Below are positions 42,120 through 52,473 of a stretch of DNA of 64,000 nucleotides, piece by piece. A program made the translations under genes and the position numbers. Below the pieces are notes generated by a model that saw nothing but the letters and a program-made list of their open reading frames with translations, searched no databases and was not told where the DNA came from. Positions within the stretch are counted from its first letter, which is position 1, and each line of letters opens with the position of its first letter. The stretch lies in assembly GCA_963786955.1 (NCBI GenBank), contig CAWBAT010000004.1:320001-384000 (forward strand). Reading direction: 5' to 3'. This stretch comes from an uncultured Acidimicrobiia bacterium. GTDB lineage: Bacteria; Acidobacteriota; Terriglobia; Versatilivoradales; Versatilivoraceae.

Positions 42120-44768
42120 TTATTCACCACTTTGTTGAAGGAGTTTGGCAACCAGAGCCGTCCATCCTGTCTGATGGCTGGCACCGATACCGGCGCCGTT
42201 ATCGCCGTGGAAATATTCATAAAACAAGACGAGGTCTTTCCAATGTGGATCCGTCTGGAACTTCCCTGCCCCGCCGTGCACCGGTCGGTGACCGTTGTCT
42301 CCTTGCAGGAAGATGCGGTTCAACCGTCGAGAAATCTCAGCGGCCACTTCCCATAGGGTCATCATTTGTCCCGAGCCGGTGGGGCATTCAACCTTATACT
42401 CGCTTCCAAGGTAGTGATGGAATTTCTGTAACGATTCAATCAAGAGATAATTCACAGGAAACCAAATCGGACCGCGCCAGTTGGAGTTGCCGCCAAACAA
42501 CGGCGAGCTGGATTCGGCCGGCTCATAATCGACGCGGTGCACGTGCCCGTCGACTTGAAGCATGTACGGATTGTCCAGATGGTATTGAGAGAGTGCCCGG
42601 ATACCGTAAGGGGAGAGAAACTCCTTTTCATCCAACATCACTTTCAGGATGCGACGCAACCGCTCCCGGCCCACGATCGAGAGTAGCCGCCTCTCGCCCA
42701 TGCCGGGTCGGCGCATGGAGGCAAGATTGGTGGTTAGATCGCGACGGTAGGTGGTAAACCATTCCAACCGTCTCTTAAATCCAGGAAGACGGTCTAACAT
42801 TTCCGGTTCTAAAGTTTCAACCGCGAAAAGCGGGATCAGCCCTACCATGGAACGCACTTTCAAAGGATAATTCTTCCCTTCTGAAAGATGGAGCACGTCA
42901 TAGAAGAAACCATCCTCTTCATTCCACATTTCGATGCCATCCTGTCCACGGTGATTCATGGCATATGCAATGTAGACAAAGTGCTCCCAAAACTTGCTGG
43001 CCACGTCCTCGTAGGAAGGATCTTCGTGAGCCAGTTCCATGGCAATCGCTAATAAGTTCAGGGCATACATGGCCATCCAACCAGTGCCGTCAGACTGCTC
43101 GATATGCCCTCCGGTTGGGAGCGGAGCGCTTCGATCAAAGACACCGATATTATCCAAGCCCAGGAAGCCGCCCTGAAAGATGTTTTTGCCCTCCGCATCC
43201 TTTCGGTTGACCCACCAGGTGAAGTTGAGCAAAAGTTTTTGAAAGACACGCTTCAGGAAATCGATATCTCCCTTCCCGCGCCGTTTTTTTTCAATCTTGT
43301 AGACGCGCCAGGCAGCCCAGGCGTGCACCGGCGGATTGACATCCCCATAGGACCATTCGTAAGCCGGTAACTGGCCATTGGGATGCATATACCATTCCCG
43401 TAACATCAAGAGGAGCTGCTCTTTGGCAAAGTCAGAATCGACCAAAGCCAGGGGAACACAGTGGAACGCCAGGTCCCAGGCGGCATACCAGGGGTATTCC
43501 CACTTGTCAGGCATCGAAATAACGTCGGCGTTATAGAGGTGTGTCCACTCATGGTTACGGCCATGATATCGTTCCGGCGGCGGAACCGGCTCCCGTTCAT
43601 CCCCTTCCAGCCAATCTCTTACAACATAGTGGTAGAACTGCTTCGACCAGAGCAGGCCTGCAAATCCCTGACGCATGACTTGTTTAGCGTCGGGCGATAA
43701 GCCGGCAGGGGTAACCGTCTTGTAGAATTCCTCCGCTTCCTGCTGGCGTAGGACAAAGATCCGATCGAAATCTTTTTTGAGCAGGGCTCCCTCAGAGACA
43801 GCGAAGTTCGGAAGGGTCAGACGAAGTCGAACGGTGGCTGATTCGCCCGGTTTGACCGACATGGGATAGGAAGCGGCCATCTTCGTTCCAAACTGATCCG
43901 GATTGACTGCTTCCCGAATGCCGTGAACGATGTAGTCATTAATGCCGTCCTTGGCAAACCTGGAGTTATTCTCCGCGTGATAGAGCCGGCGGCAGTTTGT
44001 CTCATTTTCGGTGAAGAGCAGTTTCGGGGACGCCTCGCAGTAGAGACGGCGTTCCCCCATCACGGGATGCGTGATGGCAACTGCCGTCAGGCGCGAGTCT
44101 ATTAGTTTGGAAAGGATTGGCTTGGGCTCTCGACCGTTCCAACTCCAGGTATTACGGAACCAGATCGTGGGCAGAAGATGCAAGTAGGCAGTCTCGGGGC
44201 CACGATTGATGGCACTAATTTTAACCAGAATGTCTTCCACGCCGCCTTTGGCGTATTCGACAAAGACATCGAAATAACGGTCTTCCTCGAAGACTCCGGT
44301 GTCGACGAGTTCGTACTCCTGACTTCGTCTGTCGCGACGGCTATTCTCTTCGACCAGTTGCGCATAGGGGAAAGCAGCTTGAGGGTATTTATAGAGATAC
44401 TTCATGTAGGAATGAGTGGGCGTGCTGTCTAAGTAAAAGTAGTACTCCTTTACATCTTCCCCATGATTCCCTTGGCTTCCCGTCAAGCCAAAAAGACGCT
44501 CCTTGAGAATGGGATCTTTCCCATTCCAAAGCGCCAGGGAAAAACAGATGTACTGATGTCTGTCGGAAATTCCGGCCAAACCGTCTTCATTCCAGCGATA
44601 GGCCTTGGAACGCGCCTGGTCATGCGGGAGATAGCTCCAGGCTTCACCATTTGAACTGTAATCTTCCCGGACGGTTCCCCAAGCCCGTTCGCTGAGATAG
44701 GGCCCCCAGCGCTTCCAGTGCGCTTTCCGTTCTTCTGAGGCCTGCAGTCTTTTCTCTTCTTCAGTCAC
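42120..44768 (-). CDS. MGH1-like glycoside hydrolase (GH63-related glucosidase)
   Basis: [65 protein letters not shown]; GTG start with GGAG RBS. Confidence 0.9.
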   Translation of the reverse strand: MTEEEKRLQASEERKAHWKRWGPYLSERAWGTVREDYSSNGEAWSYLPHDQARSKAYRWNEDGLAGISDRHQYICFSLALWNGKDPILKERLFGLTGSQGNHGEDVKEYYFYLDSTPTHSYMKYLYKYPQAAFPYAQLVEENSRRDRRSQEYELVDTGVFEEDRYFDVFVEYAKGGVEDILVKISAINRGPETAYLHLLPTIWFRNTWSWNGREPKPILSKLIDSRLTAVAITHPVMGERRLYCEASPKLLFTENETNCRRLYHAENNSRFAKDGINDYIVHGIREAVNPDQFGTKMAASYPMSVKPGESATVRLRLTLPNFAVSEGALLKKDFDRIFVLRQQEAEEFYKTVTPAGLSPDAKQVMRQGFAGLLWSKQFYHYVVRDWLEGDEREPVPPPERYHGRNHEWTHLYNADVISMPDKWEYPWYAAWDLAFHCVPLALVDSDFAKEQLLLMLREWYMHPNGQLPAYEWSYGDVNPPVHAWAAWRVYKIEKKRRGKGDIDFLKRVFQKLLLNFTWWVNRKDAEGKNIFQGGFLGLDNIGVFDRSAPLPTGGHIEQSDGTGWMAMYALNLLAIAMELAHEDPSYEDVASKFWEHFVYIAYAMNHRGQDGIEMWNEEDGFFYDVLHLSEGKNYPLKVRSMVGLIPLFAVETLEPEMLDRLPGFKRRLEWFTTYRRDLTTNLASMRRPGMGERRLLSIVGRERLRRILKVMLDEKEFLSPYGIRALSQYHLDNPYMLQVDGHVHRVDYEPAESSSPLFGGNSNWRGPIWFPVNYLLIESLQKFHHYLGSEYKVECPTGSGQMMTLWEVAAEISRRLNRIFLQGDNGHRPVHGGAGKFQTDPHWKDLVLFYEYFHGDNGAGIGASHQTGWTALVAKLLQQSGE

Positions 44769-44808
44769 GATGGATTCTCCTTGCAAATGAACCCACCCTT
44801 GCACCCCT

Positions 44809-44928
44809 GAAGTTGTGAAAGAATTGGAAAACGCCGCGTGGGGTCACGCGGCCTACAATGATTTCAAAGGGCTTGCCACCGGTTTGTAGGCCGGGTCCCC
44901 CGACCCGGCGGAATTCTTTCACACCTTC
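44809..44928. repeat. Composite element: 17 bp inverted ends enclosing two GTAG-type REP hairpins
   Basis: GAAGTTGTGAAAGAATT ... AATTCTTTCACACCTTC around GCCGCGTGGGGTCACGCGGCCTAC and GTAGGCCGGGTCCCCCGACCCGGC. Confidence 0.65.
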
Positions 44929-45092
44929 CCTCCGTTGGAGGGGAATTGCGAAAAATACCTTCATGGAGAGAATGCAAGGGAGAGTCATATTCACGATCGT
45001 ATTGATACAGTCTTGTACTTCGCTGACATGATCTGCTGCTTCAACTAATGATCTTCTCTCACTAACTGAAGCCAGTGCCTGCACTGTACAAT

Positions 45093-46214
45093 CTAATGTT
45101 CAACCAACTCCAAAGCGTGACCATCGGGATCGCGGACCAGGAATGCTTTATGGAACCCCAAGCTCCTCTCCTCGAAGGATAGGACTCCGGATGAGATCAG
45201 GGCGGCCTTTGTTGTTAACAAGGATTGGAAGGCGTCTTTCGCATTCCGGGTGAGTAACTGGGTCTGCCAATGGATGAGATCATTCGCCTTTTCATCTTGG
45301 GGAACAGGTCTCCCATCCCGTGGCGCCAAGTATTCCAGAAGCTCGATTCCAGGTCCCGAAATTGCCCGGAGGCTGGTGATTCGCAGCCTGGCGCCAAAAA
45401 CATTGTTGAGGTGTTCCTGTTCAGTATCGTAGTTCTCACTTTCACCCGCAATCGTTAGGCCCAGGGCGTCCCGATAAAATCGCAAACTCACTTCGGTGTC
45501 TTTCACCACGATTGCCGTGTGGTCGATACCTAAGAACAACGGGCCATCGGAGCGCTGCCATTTGGAATCGCCCTTACCTGGCGGAAATTGGAGGATCTCC
45601 AAAAAATGGCCGTCCGGGTCTCTGAAGTAGAAAGCCTGAATCCCAGCCGCATTTTTGTTCCAGGCGGGCAGGCGCTGGGGTCCGGAGGAAGCATGCTCGA
45701 CTTTGTGCTGTCGCAACCAGCCATAAGCCTTGTCCATATCGCTCACGATAATGGCAATATGTTGGAACCAAAGGTCATTACTTCGCGAGTCAACTGGAAC
45801 CGGCCTGCCTCGAGGAGCCAAATATTCGGTCAACTCAATGAATTCGTCTCCCAATTTCATGCGAACCAGACGCATGCGCAATCCAAATACTCCCTGCAGT
45901 TGCTCAAAGTCACGCCCGGTAACTTCGACCTCAGAAACCTTTTCGAAAGAGAGTACCTTTGAGAAGAATTCGACGGAGCGGTCCGCGTCACTGACGGTCA
46001 TCCCAACAGCATGAACTGAACGAACCAGGGGTTTAGGGTGATCCACCTGAGCCAGCAAAGGGAGAGAGGTGGAACAAAAGAGCGCGACCCAGAAGAGTCT
46101 ATCCAACCCCAGGGTCTTCATCCGGATTGACCATTTCGAAGGCGGCATTGAGGCTGAGGCATCTGTCCCTCGCCTGTTGGAATGCGCCAATCGACTTTCG
46201 TCAATATTCTTCAT
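45093..46214 (-). CDS. Exported double-domain VOC/glyoxalase-family protein
   Basis: VGMTVSD, IELTEY, QHIAIIV, FRDPDGHFLE, IDHTAIVV, RDPDGHALE; signal-like segment. Confidence 0.87.
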   Translation of the reverse strand: MKNIDESRLAHSNRRGTDASASMPPSKWSIRMKTLGLDRLFWVALFCSTSLPLLAQVDHPKPLVRSVHAVGMTVSDADRSVEFFSKVLSFEKVSEVEVTGRDFEQLQGVFGLRMRLVRMKLGDEFIELTEYLAPRGRPVPVDSRSNDLWFQHIAIIVSDMDKAYGWLRQHKVEHASSGPQRLPAWNKNAAGIQAFYFRDPDGHFLEILQFPPGKGDSKWQRSDGPLFLGIDHTAIVVKDTEVSLRFYRDALGLTIAGESENYDTEQEHLNNVFGARLRITSLRAISGPGIELLEYLAPRDGRPVPQDEKANDLIHWQTQLLTRNAKDAFQSLLTTKAALISSGVLSFEERSLGFHKAFLVRDPDGHALELVEH

Positions 46215-47782
46215 TTCAGTCTCTCCAAGAGGTGATCCCCGACTCGAAGAGCGTTGGCTATGATCGTGAGCGCAGGATTCACGGCAGCGCTAGACACGAA
46301 GAAACTCCCATCGACAACGTAGAGATTATCTACCTCGTGAGCCTTACAGTTGGAGTCGAGCGCCGAGGTTTTCGGGTCCCGGCCAAACCGAATCGTCCCA
46401 TTTTGGTGTGCAACTCCTGCCAATGGGATGCGTTGGCCCGCATACAAGTTTCTGGAAAAAAGCCCTTGGTGGCACTCATGACCATGTACTGAACACTCCG
46501 TTTGTTGCTTCATCAGATTTTGGAGTTTAGCGATGAGCCGGCGGTGGGGTTCCTCGTTGTTGGGCCGATAAGAGAGGACGATGTTCCCCTGCCGGTCAAG
46601 TGTGACCCGGTTGTTGGGATCGGGGAGGTCCTCGGACGTGAGCCAGAAGTCCAACGAGTGACTTGCCATCAAGTCAAGTGTCCAGCCTGGAGCAATCGCA
46701 GGCGCACCGGCCTTTAAGGTGATTCCATCTAGCTTGCCGACAAAGGAAATGTGACCCATTGGATATTCCCATTCTTTGGAGCCAAAGTAGAAATCGTTAA
46801 CAGCCAATGTCTTTTGAAATACCGTCGGATTTGGACATTTGGAAATTGCCATCAAGACAGAATTCACATGGCCCATGTAATGGCGTCCAACCACATCCGA
46901 GCCATTTGCCAACCCGCGGGGGTGTTTATCGTTAGCCGAACGCAGGAGTAGCGCGGCAGAATTAATGGCTCCACAGGCGACCACAACAACGTTGGCAGCA
47001 AGACTTAAAGTCTTTCCTTCATGCTCCACAACCACCTGACTTACTTCCCCTCCTGAAGGGCTTGTCTCCAATCGCTTGACGAATGCGCCGGTTAGTAAGC
47101 TGACGTTGGGGTGTTGTAAGGCAGGGTCAACACAAAGAACCTGGGCGTCCGATTTGGCGTAGACCAGGCAAGGAAAACCATCACAGGTGTCACAACGAAT
47201 GCATCGACTGGCTTGGCGATCTTTTTCATTTAGCTGAATCCCCAGGGGCACATGAAAAGGCCGGAGCCCGAGTCGGGCGAAATCTTCGCTCAATTGTTCA
47301 ATGCGAGGCTCGTGGCTGACAGGTGGATGCGGGTAAGGGGCGCTGGCGATCGGGTCCGTCGGATCTTCTCCGCGCAGACCGTGCACCTGGTACAGGCGCT
47401 CCGCCTCCAGGTAGTAGGGCTCCAAGTCTTCGTAAGATATGGGCCAGGCGGGAGAAATTCCGTCATGGTGCCGGATCTCTCCAAAGTCTTCTTTGCGCAG
47501 GCGGAAAAGGGCAGCTCCGTAGAACTTGGTGTTTCCACCGACATTGTAGTTGGTATGGGGATGAAGCGGCTTTCCGTCCTTGTCGAACCACAGCTCTTTG
47601 GTGTTGTATTTTGCATCAACGTTGACAACCTTGCTGTTCCAGTTGTCTTTCTCGCGGAGAACATACTCGCCCCGCTCGAGCATTAGGATCTTTTTTCCAG
47701 AAGGAGCCAGGCGATGCGCCAACGTGCCTCCTCCCGCTCCGGTTCCGATGATGATCACGTCATAATGGTTTTGAGACTGCAT
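46211..47782 (-). CDS. GMC-family oxidoreductase
   Basis: IIGTGAGGG, VGGNTKFYGA, CxxCxxCxxxxC, AHQNGT, NPALTI. Confidence 0.92.
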   Translation of the reverse strand: MQSQNHYDVIIIGTGAGGGTLAHRLAPSGKKILMLERGEYVLREKDNWNSKVVNVDAKYNTKELWFDKDGKPLHPHTNYNVGGNTKFYGAALFRLRKEDFGEIRHHDGISPAWPISYEDLEPYYLEAERLYQVHGLRGEDPTDPIASAPYPHPPVSHEPRIEQLSEDFARLGLRPFHVPLGIQLNEKDRQASRCIRCDTCDGFPCLVYAKSDAQVLCVDPALQHPNVSLLTGAFVKRLETSPSGGEVSQVVVEHEGKTLSLAANVVVVACGAINSAALLLRSANDKHPRGLANGSDVVGRHYMGHVNSVLMAISKCPNPTVFQKTLAVNDFYFGSKEWEYPMGHISFVGKLDGITLKAGAPAIAPGWTLDLMASHSLDFWLTSEDLPDPNNRVTLDRQGNIVLSYRPNNEEPHRRLIAKLQNLMKQQTECSVHGHECHQGLFSRNLYAGQRIPLAGVAHQNGTIRFGRDPKTSALDSNCKAHEVDNLYVVDGSFFVSSAAVNPALTIIANALRVGDHLLERLK

Positions 47783-47811
47783 CCGTTTCTCCTTGGCTGG
47801 CAAACCTGCTG

Positions 47812-48753
47812 CTAGTTTTCTTTTGAATTTCTAAAGTCAAAACGCTCCGACGAAGGATTCTGCAGGAGTTCTGTAAAACCATTTGCATTGGGAAGAAGCT
47901 TGAATGCGGGCTGACCCTCGGACAGCATTTGCTCTGTAAGGCGGATTGAAGCTTTGCGATCCTTTTCAGGGCGGCGATTCCGATAATCACAAAAGATGCA
48001 GCGCTTATTGTTTTGATGGTGCAGCTTGGCGCAATGAATTCCCGCAACCCCTTTTTCTCTTAAGTAAACCTCGGCAGCCAATAGCATCCCAAGCGGCGGG
48101 GCCGTAAAGTAAATCCATAATCCTGTCCACGCCTGTGAGAAAAAGGCTGACCCCAACGTGCGAGCAGGATTCATGCTCATCCCCGAAAGCGGCGCCTCGA
48201 AGCTGATATAGATGGCCACCAACGTCCCCGCAAAAAGGCCGGTGTAGCGAGCCAGATGGGTGTCATTGGAGACTCTGAGGACCACCGTCATCATCAAAAA
48301 CGAGATAATGAACTCTGCCCCAAACGCGACAGCCGGTCCATATGAGCCTGGAACCGTGGCGACGTAGTTGACGGAAGGGTGACTGATAGGGATTTCCACA
48401 AATCTCGCTGCCAGCCAGACTCCGGCTGCCCCTCCGATGAATTGGGCTAACACATAAAACATCGCATCCTTAGCTTCCACCTTTCCCAGACGAAGAAATG
48501 TCAGAGTGAAAGATGGGTTCAGATGAGCTCCAGATTGCTTCCCCCACGGAGAATACACGATCCCTGCGGCCGTGAGCCCCATGGCAATTCCGATGAGGAT
48601 GCGCCGAAGAGTTGAATCCGCTAACACGCGATGCACTGGAGAATTGGGGTACTCCAGGAGGGCAACGAAAAGGCAAGCGGAGATCATGAAAATCCCTAAT
48701 CCTGCGGCTTCCATCAAATACTCAGGCCAGTGTCTTTTCAGAGAATCAAGCAT
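47812..48753 (-). CDS. Aquaporin (MIP family)
   Basis: SGAHLNPS and SMNPART loops; C-terminal HCAKLHH...RCIFC. Confidence 0.92.
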   Translation of the reverse strand: MLDSLKRHWPEYLMEAAGLGIFMISACLFVALLEYPNSPVHRVLADSTLRRILIGIAMGLTAAGIVYSPWGKQSGAHLNPSFTLTFLRLGKVEAKDAMFYVLAQFIGGAAGVWLAARFVEIPISHPSVNYVATVPGSYGPAVAFGAEFIISFLMMTVVLRVSNDTHLARYTGLFAGTLVAIYISFEAPLSGMSMNPARTLGSAFFSQAWTGLWIYFTAPPLGMLLAAEVYLREKGVAGIHCAKLHHQNNKRCIFCDYRNRRPEKDRKASIRLTEQMLSEGQPAFKLLPNANGFTELLQNPSSERFDFRNSKEN

Positions 48754-48781
48754 TTAATCACCAGGAATGATTTTCATCGTG

Positions 48782-48811
48782 TTCATGCCAACGACGGGCA
48801 GTATTTATTCC
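48782..48811 (-). promoter_or_regulatory. Putative ECF promoter (aquaporin operon)
   Basis: GGAATAAAT...GGCATGAA; spacer 1 nt longer than the others. Confidence 0.5.
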
Positions 48812-48869
48812 AGGCAGGCTGATATTTTCTTTACGACCGGAAGAAAATGGATCTTTCCGTCAAGCCGCC

Positions 48870-48900
48870 GGAATAATTTGTCCAATATTGGGGATATCAA
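48870..48900 (+). promoter_or_regulatory. Putative ECF promoter (receiver-PP2C)
   Basis: GGAATAATT...GGGATATCAA, GGAAT-N16-GGGAT. Confidence 0.55.
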
Positions 48901-49032
48901 CACTGAGCGGTTAGCTCGTCCCATTAAGAAAATGTGAGGGCCCTCATGGTCTTGTCTACTAGTTTAGGCGCAACAAAGACGATCCAGGATAGCTTCCGTC
49001 AAAAATCGTAGCCGTAAGGAGGAAGAATCACT

Positions 49033-49467
49033 ATGCTCAATAGTGTCTCATCTAAGCGGATCGAAAGTGTGTACCGTTCCAAGTCTATTTTGATATTGGA
49101 CGAAGAAGGCCAGGCTAGTCAGAATCTCAAACAAAGCTTGGAAAAGTCAGGGTATCGAACTGAACTCCATCACTCGATCGGTGATTTTCGAATTGCTGAG
49201 TTGGACTTGGCAGGATTCGACCTGGTGATCTGTGACTTCGACAACGGCTTAGGAGTTTGGAAATTCCTCCTGGACCGGATTCACACTCAGAAACTACTTA
49301 CTCAACTAGTTGTCATTTCGAAAAAAGCCAGGGAATCCGAGTGGTATGAGGCGCTTCAATTGGGCGTCTTTGATTTCCTCATCAAGCCTTATTCAACGCC
49401 CGAGGTCTTAAGTATTGTCTCCAGTGCCTTATTAATGAACTATTCTCGCAAATTCCAAACCGCATGA
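49033..49467 (+). CDS. Single-domain response regulator receiver
   Basis: ILILDEE, DLVICD, GVFDFLIKPY. Confidence 0.8.
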   Translation: MLNSVSSKRIESVYRSKSILILDEEGQASQNLKQSLEKSGYRTELHHSIGDFRIAELDLAGFDLVICDFDNGLGVWKFLLDRIHTQKLLTQLVVISKKARESEWYEALQLGVFDFLIKPYSTPEVLSIVSSALLMNYSRKFQTA

Positions 49468-50414
49468 ACTCTCAGGAAATTCAACGGAAAGTGATGACCG
49501 ACCTGCCACCGAATTTGACGCATCTAAAGAATAATCTTGGCAATTCTCTAGACTTGATAGTTCCAGAAGGAGGGCGAGAGCAACCTCATACCCTCGCTTG
49601 TACTGAGATTTGGGGAGGAAACCGAAAAGTAACTCGAAGCATCAGAATGCCCGGGCTTTCTGGTTGGGTAACCTCAATCCCCGTCAATGAGGAAGAAGGG
49701 GGTGATCTTCATTTCCTGTCTGTGTGCGACATTGACTTGATTTCCCGAGTGGCATTGGCTGACGTCAGTGGACATGGGCAGGAGGTGAGTCATGCCACGC
49801 AGACACTCCACCGATTGATGCAAGAAAATGTGAATGCCTGGGACCAAACAGACTTAATGTGCGAATTGAATCAAGCCTTTCGCAAAGACGGAGAGGGGAA
49901 ATATGCAACCGCCATATTTTTGAGCTTTCATCGCCTAAAAGGGCGGCTGGCGTTCAGCAATGCCGGTCATTTGCCCCCTCTCTGGTATCAGGCTGCCAAT
50001 CGCACTTGGCGTTGGCTTGAAGAAATACCGGTTCCTAAAACCAAGAAGATATCCGGATTACCAGTCGGGCTAATTTCCGGCACAAATTATTTGCAGACCG
50101 TGCTGCATCTGGCCCCCATGGACTTACTCGTTCTTTATACGGACGGCATCACTGAAGCCGAAAATGCAAGTGGACAAGACCTGGGACGTGGGCAGCTTCT
50201 GGATTGGGCTCGTCTTGCCCCGACTGACAATCCTGAGGCAACCGGGAAATATATCATGCAGCGCTTACAGTCCTTCCAAGGCAACGGTCGACTGGATGAT
50301 GCAACCCTGTTGGTCTTGCAGCGCGAACGGGAATCCATCCCTTTAGTCCTGGGTGAATTGGCTCGGAGTTATGCCACCCAACGGTTGGGGAACCTTTGGA
50401 AATCAAATACCTAA
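49464..50414 (+). CDS. PP2C/SpoIIE-type serine phosphatase
   Basis: GGDLH, LADVSGHG, NAGHLPP, YTDGITEA, DDATL. Confidence 0.9.
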   Translation: MNSQEIQRKVMTDLPPNLTHLKNNLGNSLDLIVPEGGREQPHTLACTEIWGGNRKVTRSIRMPGLSGWVTSIPVNEEEGGDLHFLSVCDIDLISRVALADVSGHGQEVSHATQTLHRLMQENVNAWDQTDLMCELNQAFRKDGEGKYATAIFLSFHRLKGRLAFSNAGHLPPLWYQAANRTWRWLEEIPVPKTKKISGLPVGLISGTNYLQTVLHLAPMDLLVLYTDGITEAENASGQDLGRGQLLDWARLAPTDNPEATGKYIMQRLQSFQGNGRLDDATLLVLQRERESIPLVLGELARSYATQRLGNLWKSNT

Positions 50415-50456
50415 CCAGCAAAATGAAGCGCTGTGATGAAACCAACCAACGAAACC

Positions 50457-50536
50457 TGGAGTGCGGCCGCTTTCGTCCACGAGCTCGTTCGCGGAGGTCA
50501 CCGGCCCGAGATAGTCGTTACACGTTTGTACGGCCA
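50457..50536 (+). repeat. Direct repeat copy 1 (left island boundary)
   Basis: 50466-50536 matches 56596-56666 at 63/71 positions (hand alignment); preceded by TGGAGTGCGG. Confidence 0.85.
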
Positions 50537-50642
50537 ACAGAAAGAGTCATCTCGGTCCCTTGCGGAGCCAATGCGACGGCTGCCCGCAGCAGTGAGGTGT
50601 TCGAAGAGCAAGCGCGAAGGCTGCCAGATATCGCGAGGATTA

Positions 50643-51188
50643 CTATGGGACTGTTTCCTTTCGGTTTGTTGTGCCTGCCTGCAGCAAACCGCTGATCACC
50701 GGTGCCAGAGCGTCTACGAAGACATTCCTAAAACGCGACCATCTTCCTGGGTATGGTAGATGGATGAACGGGCCGCGCCAATCTGCACGTAAAGCGGCAT
50801 GCGTCACGTTGCCCTCAATTGATCGGACCACTGTAGCGATCATCGCCGGTCGAAGCTGGGCTATCGCCCGCGAAAGCGACTCCTCACTGGCCCGGCCAGC
50901 AGCCCGGCGCGATCTTGGCTCCAAATGGTCGATGGGTTCCGGACATAGGTCGATCAAATAGCAACCCAAGGCTTGAAACACAGCCAGAAACCTTGCGTCG
51001 CCGATTGAAGGGTCCACCACACGGAAGGTGTCTCGCATCGCTCGATAGAGTCCCGAGTCGCCCCGGTAGAAAAATCGGCCCGAAGCTGGCGGAGACTCTC
51101 CGATGAAAAGCAGCGTCACATCGGTCGGGCGAAAACTGCGCCTCAAACGTTCCCGCTGGCGTAGATCCGGAGTGTCACCATGCGGCAC
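50643..51188 (-). CDS. Uracil-DNA glycosylase-like fold protein
   Basis: LLFIGESPPASGRFFY, YLIDLC, HLPYPG. Confidence 0.55.
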   Translation of the reverse strand: MPHGDTPDLRQRERLRRSFRPTDVTLLFIGESPPASGRFFYRGDSGLYRAMRDTFRVVDPSIGDARFLAVFQALGCYLIDLCPEPIDHLEPRSRRAAGRASEESLSRAIAQLRPAMIATVVRSIEGNVTHAALRADWRGPFIHLPYPGRWSRFRNVFVDALAPVISGLLQAGTTNRKETVP

Positions 51189-51841
51189 GTGAGGCTACTC
51201 CTGTCCGAAGGATCTTGACCTTCTGGTTCACTTTGATTTTGCCACTCTGGACGACGTCGCAATTCAGCGCGAGCTTGCCGCCAAAGCGCTTCACAATATC
51301 CCGCAAGACATTCGGGTCGTGGGCGAGGGTATCGGGATCGAAGGTCGTCATAATGCACCGGCCCCGAAGATCCTGGATGCCGACCACCACATCGCCAATG
51401 ACGGATTGACCCCCTTCCCACTCCCGCTCCTCAAGGCCGTTGACTCCTCCAATAACGATGTTGGGTCGAAGGCGTCGCCGATCTCGTCCAAATGCCGCGA
51501 TCGCGCCATCTGTTGCGACCAAAAGAGGGAGGATGTCAAAGCGATCCAAGCTCTCGTCGTGGACTAGCTTCGCGCCCGGTCCGACGATTTCTTGCACGGC
51601 CGAAAGAACGCTCGGGTCGGTCCATGGCCGGTCGCCAACCATTGGATTGCCGTTTTCGTTCAGCGTGGCACGGAATCCGAGAAGCCCAGGATAGGTTCGC
51701 GACGTGACCGTCCGGCCCTGCGCGTTCCGAACCTGTATGATGCGGTCGCCATCGATCCCTGTCGCGAGTCAAGCTGGCACTCTGAAGTTGTTCGCCAGCC
51801 ATGGACTTTACCGGATACCGCCAGATCTCTTTGACGTACAT
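51175..51841 (-). CDS. MOSC-domain protein, frameshifted near 51760
   Basis: IWRYPVKSMAGE N-terminus; RRLRPNIVI and RCIMTT; removing one base gives LTRDGIDGDR. Confidence 0.85.
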
Positions 51842-51883
51842 TTCTCTCCTCCATTAGTTCGGCAACTCACCGCCTCTTGCCGT

Positions 51884-51943
51884 TCAGGCGCTCAGATCGA
51901 TCACCAGCTTGCCGAAGTGGCCGGGAGCTTTGAGGTAGCGATA
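51884..51943 (-). pseudogene. C-terminal remnant resembling a zinc-type alcohol dehydrogenase / quinone reductase
   Basis: YRYLKAPGHFGKLVIDLSA*, an MDR-like C-terminus with no upstream body. Confidence 0.5.
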
Positions 51944-51992
51944 ACAAGGGCGCTGCGCCGATGCGCGGCGAGGTCTGATACGGGCCCGACAA

Positions 51993-52409
51993 CTAGCCGA
52001 TACGACGCTCTGTGATTGCGATCTCGGCGTCGTTGATGCTCGCCAGACGGCGCCGCATCAAACCCTCTTCATCGAACTCCCATAATTCGTTACCGTAGGA
52101 CCTGTACCACTGGCCGTTCGCGTCGTGCCACTCGTATTCGAAGCTCACTGCGATCCGGTTTTCGGTAAACGCCCACAGGGTTTTCTTGAGCCGGTAATCT
52201 AGTTCCTTCGCCCACTTGCGATGCAGGAAGGCTCTGATTTCGTCCCGTCCCCGAAGGAACTCGGCACGATTGCGCCATTCGGAATCGGGTGAGTAAGCCA
52301 GTGCCACGCGCTCCGGATCCCGCGAGTTCCAAGCGTCTTCGGCCAGCTGGACTTTCCTGGTCGCAGTCTCCACCGTGAAAGGCGGGACGATCGGTGCTGA
52401 GAGTGTCAT
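51993..52409 (-). CDS. DUF1348 / SnoaL-like NTF2-fold protein
   Basis: [43 protein letters not shown]. Confidence 0.88.
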   Translation of the reverse strand: MTLSAPIVPPFTVETATRKVQLAEDAWNSRDPERVALAYSPDSEWRNRAEFLRGRDEIRAFLHRKWAKELDYRLKKTLWAFTENRIAVSFEYEWHDANGQWYRSYGNELWEFDEEGLMRRRLASINDAEIAITERRIG

Positions 52410-52473
52410 GCTTGCACGTTTCCTTTCCGGCGGGACCGAGTCGGCCCCGCCATCAATGTTTTCAGACGGTCGC

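Noticed and set aside
50433-50759. Two similar small ORFs (50433 and 56482) as a paralogous gene pair
   Set aside because: Similarity is confined to the 71 bp DNA repeat
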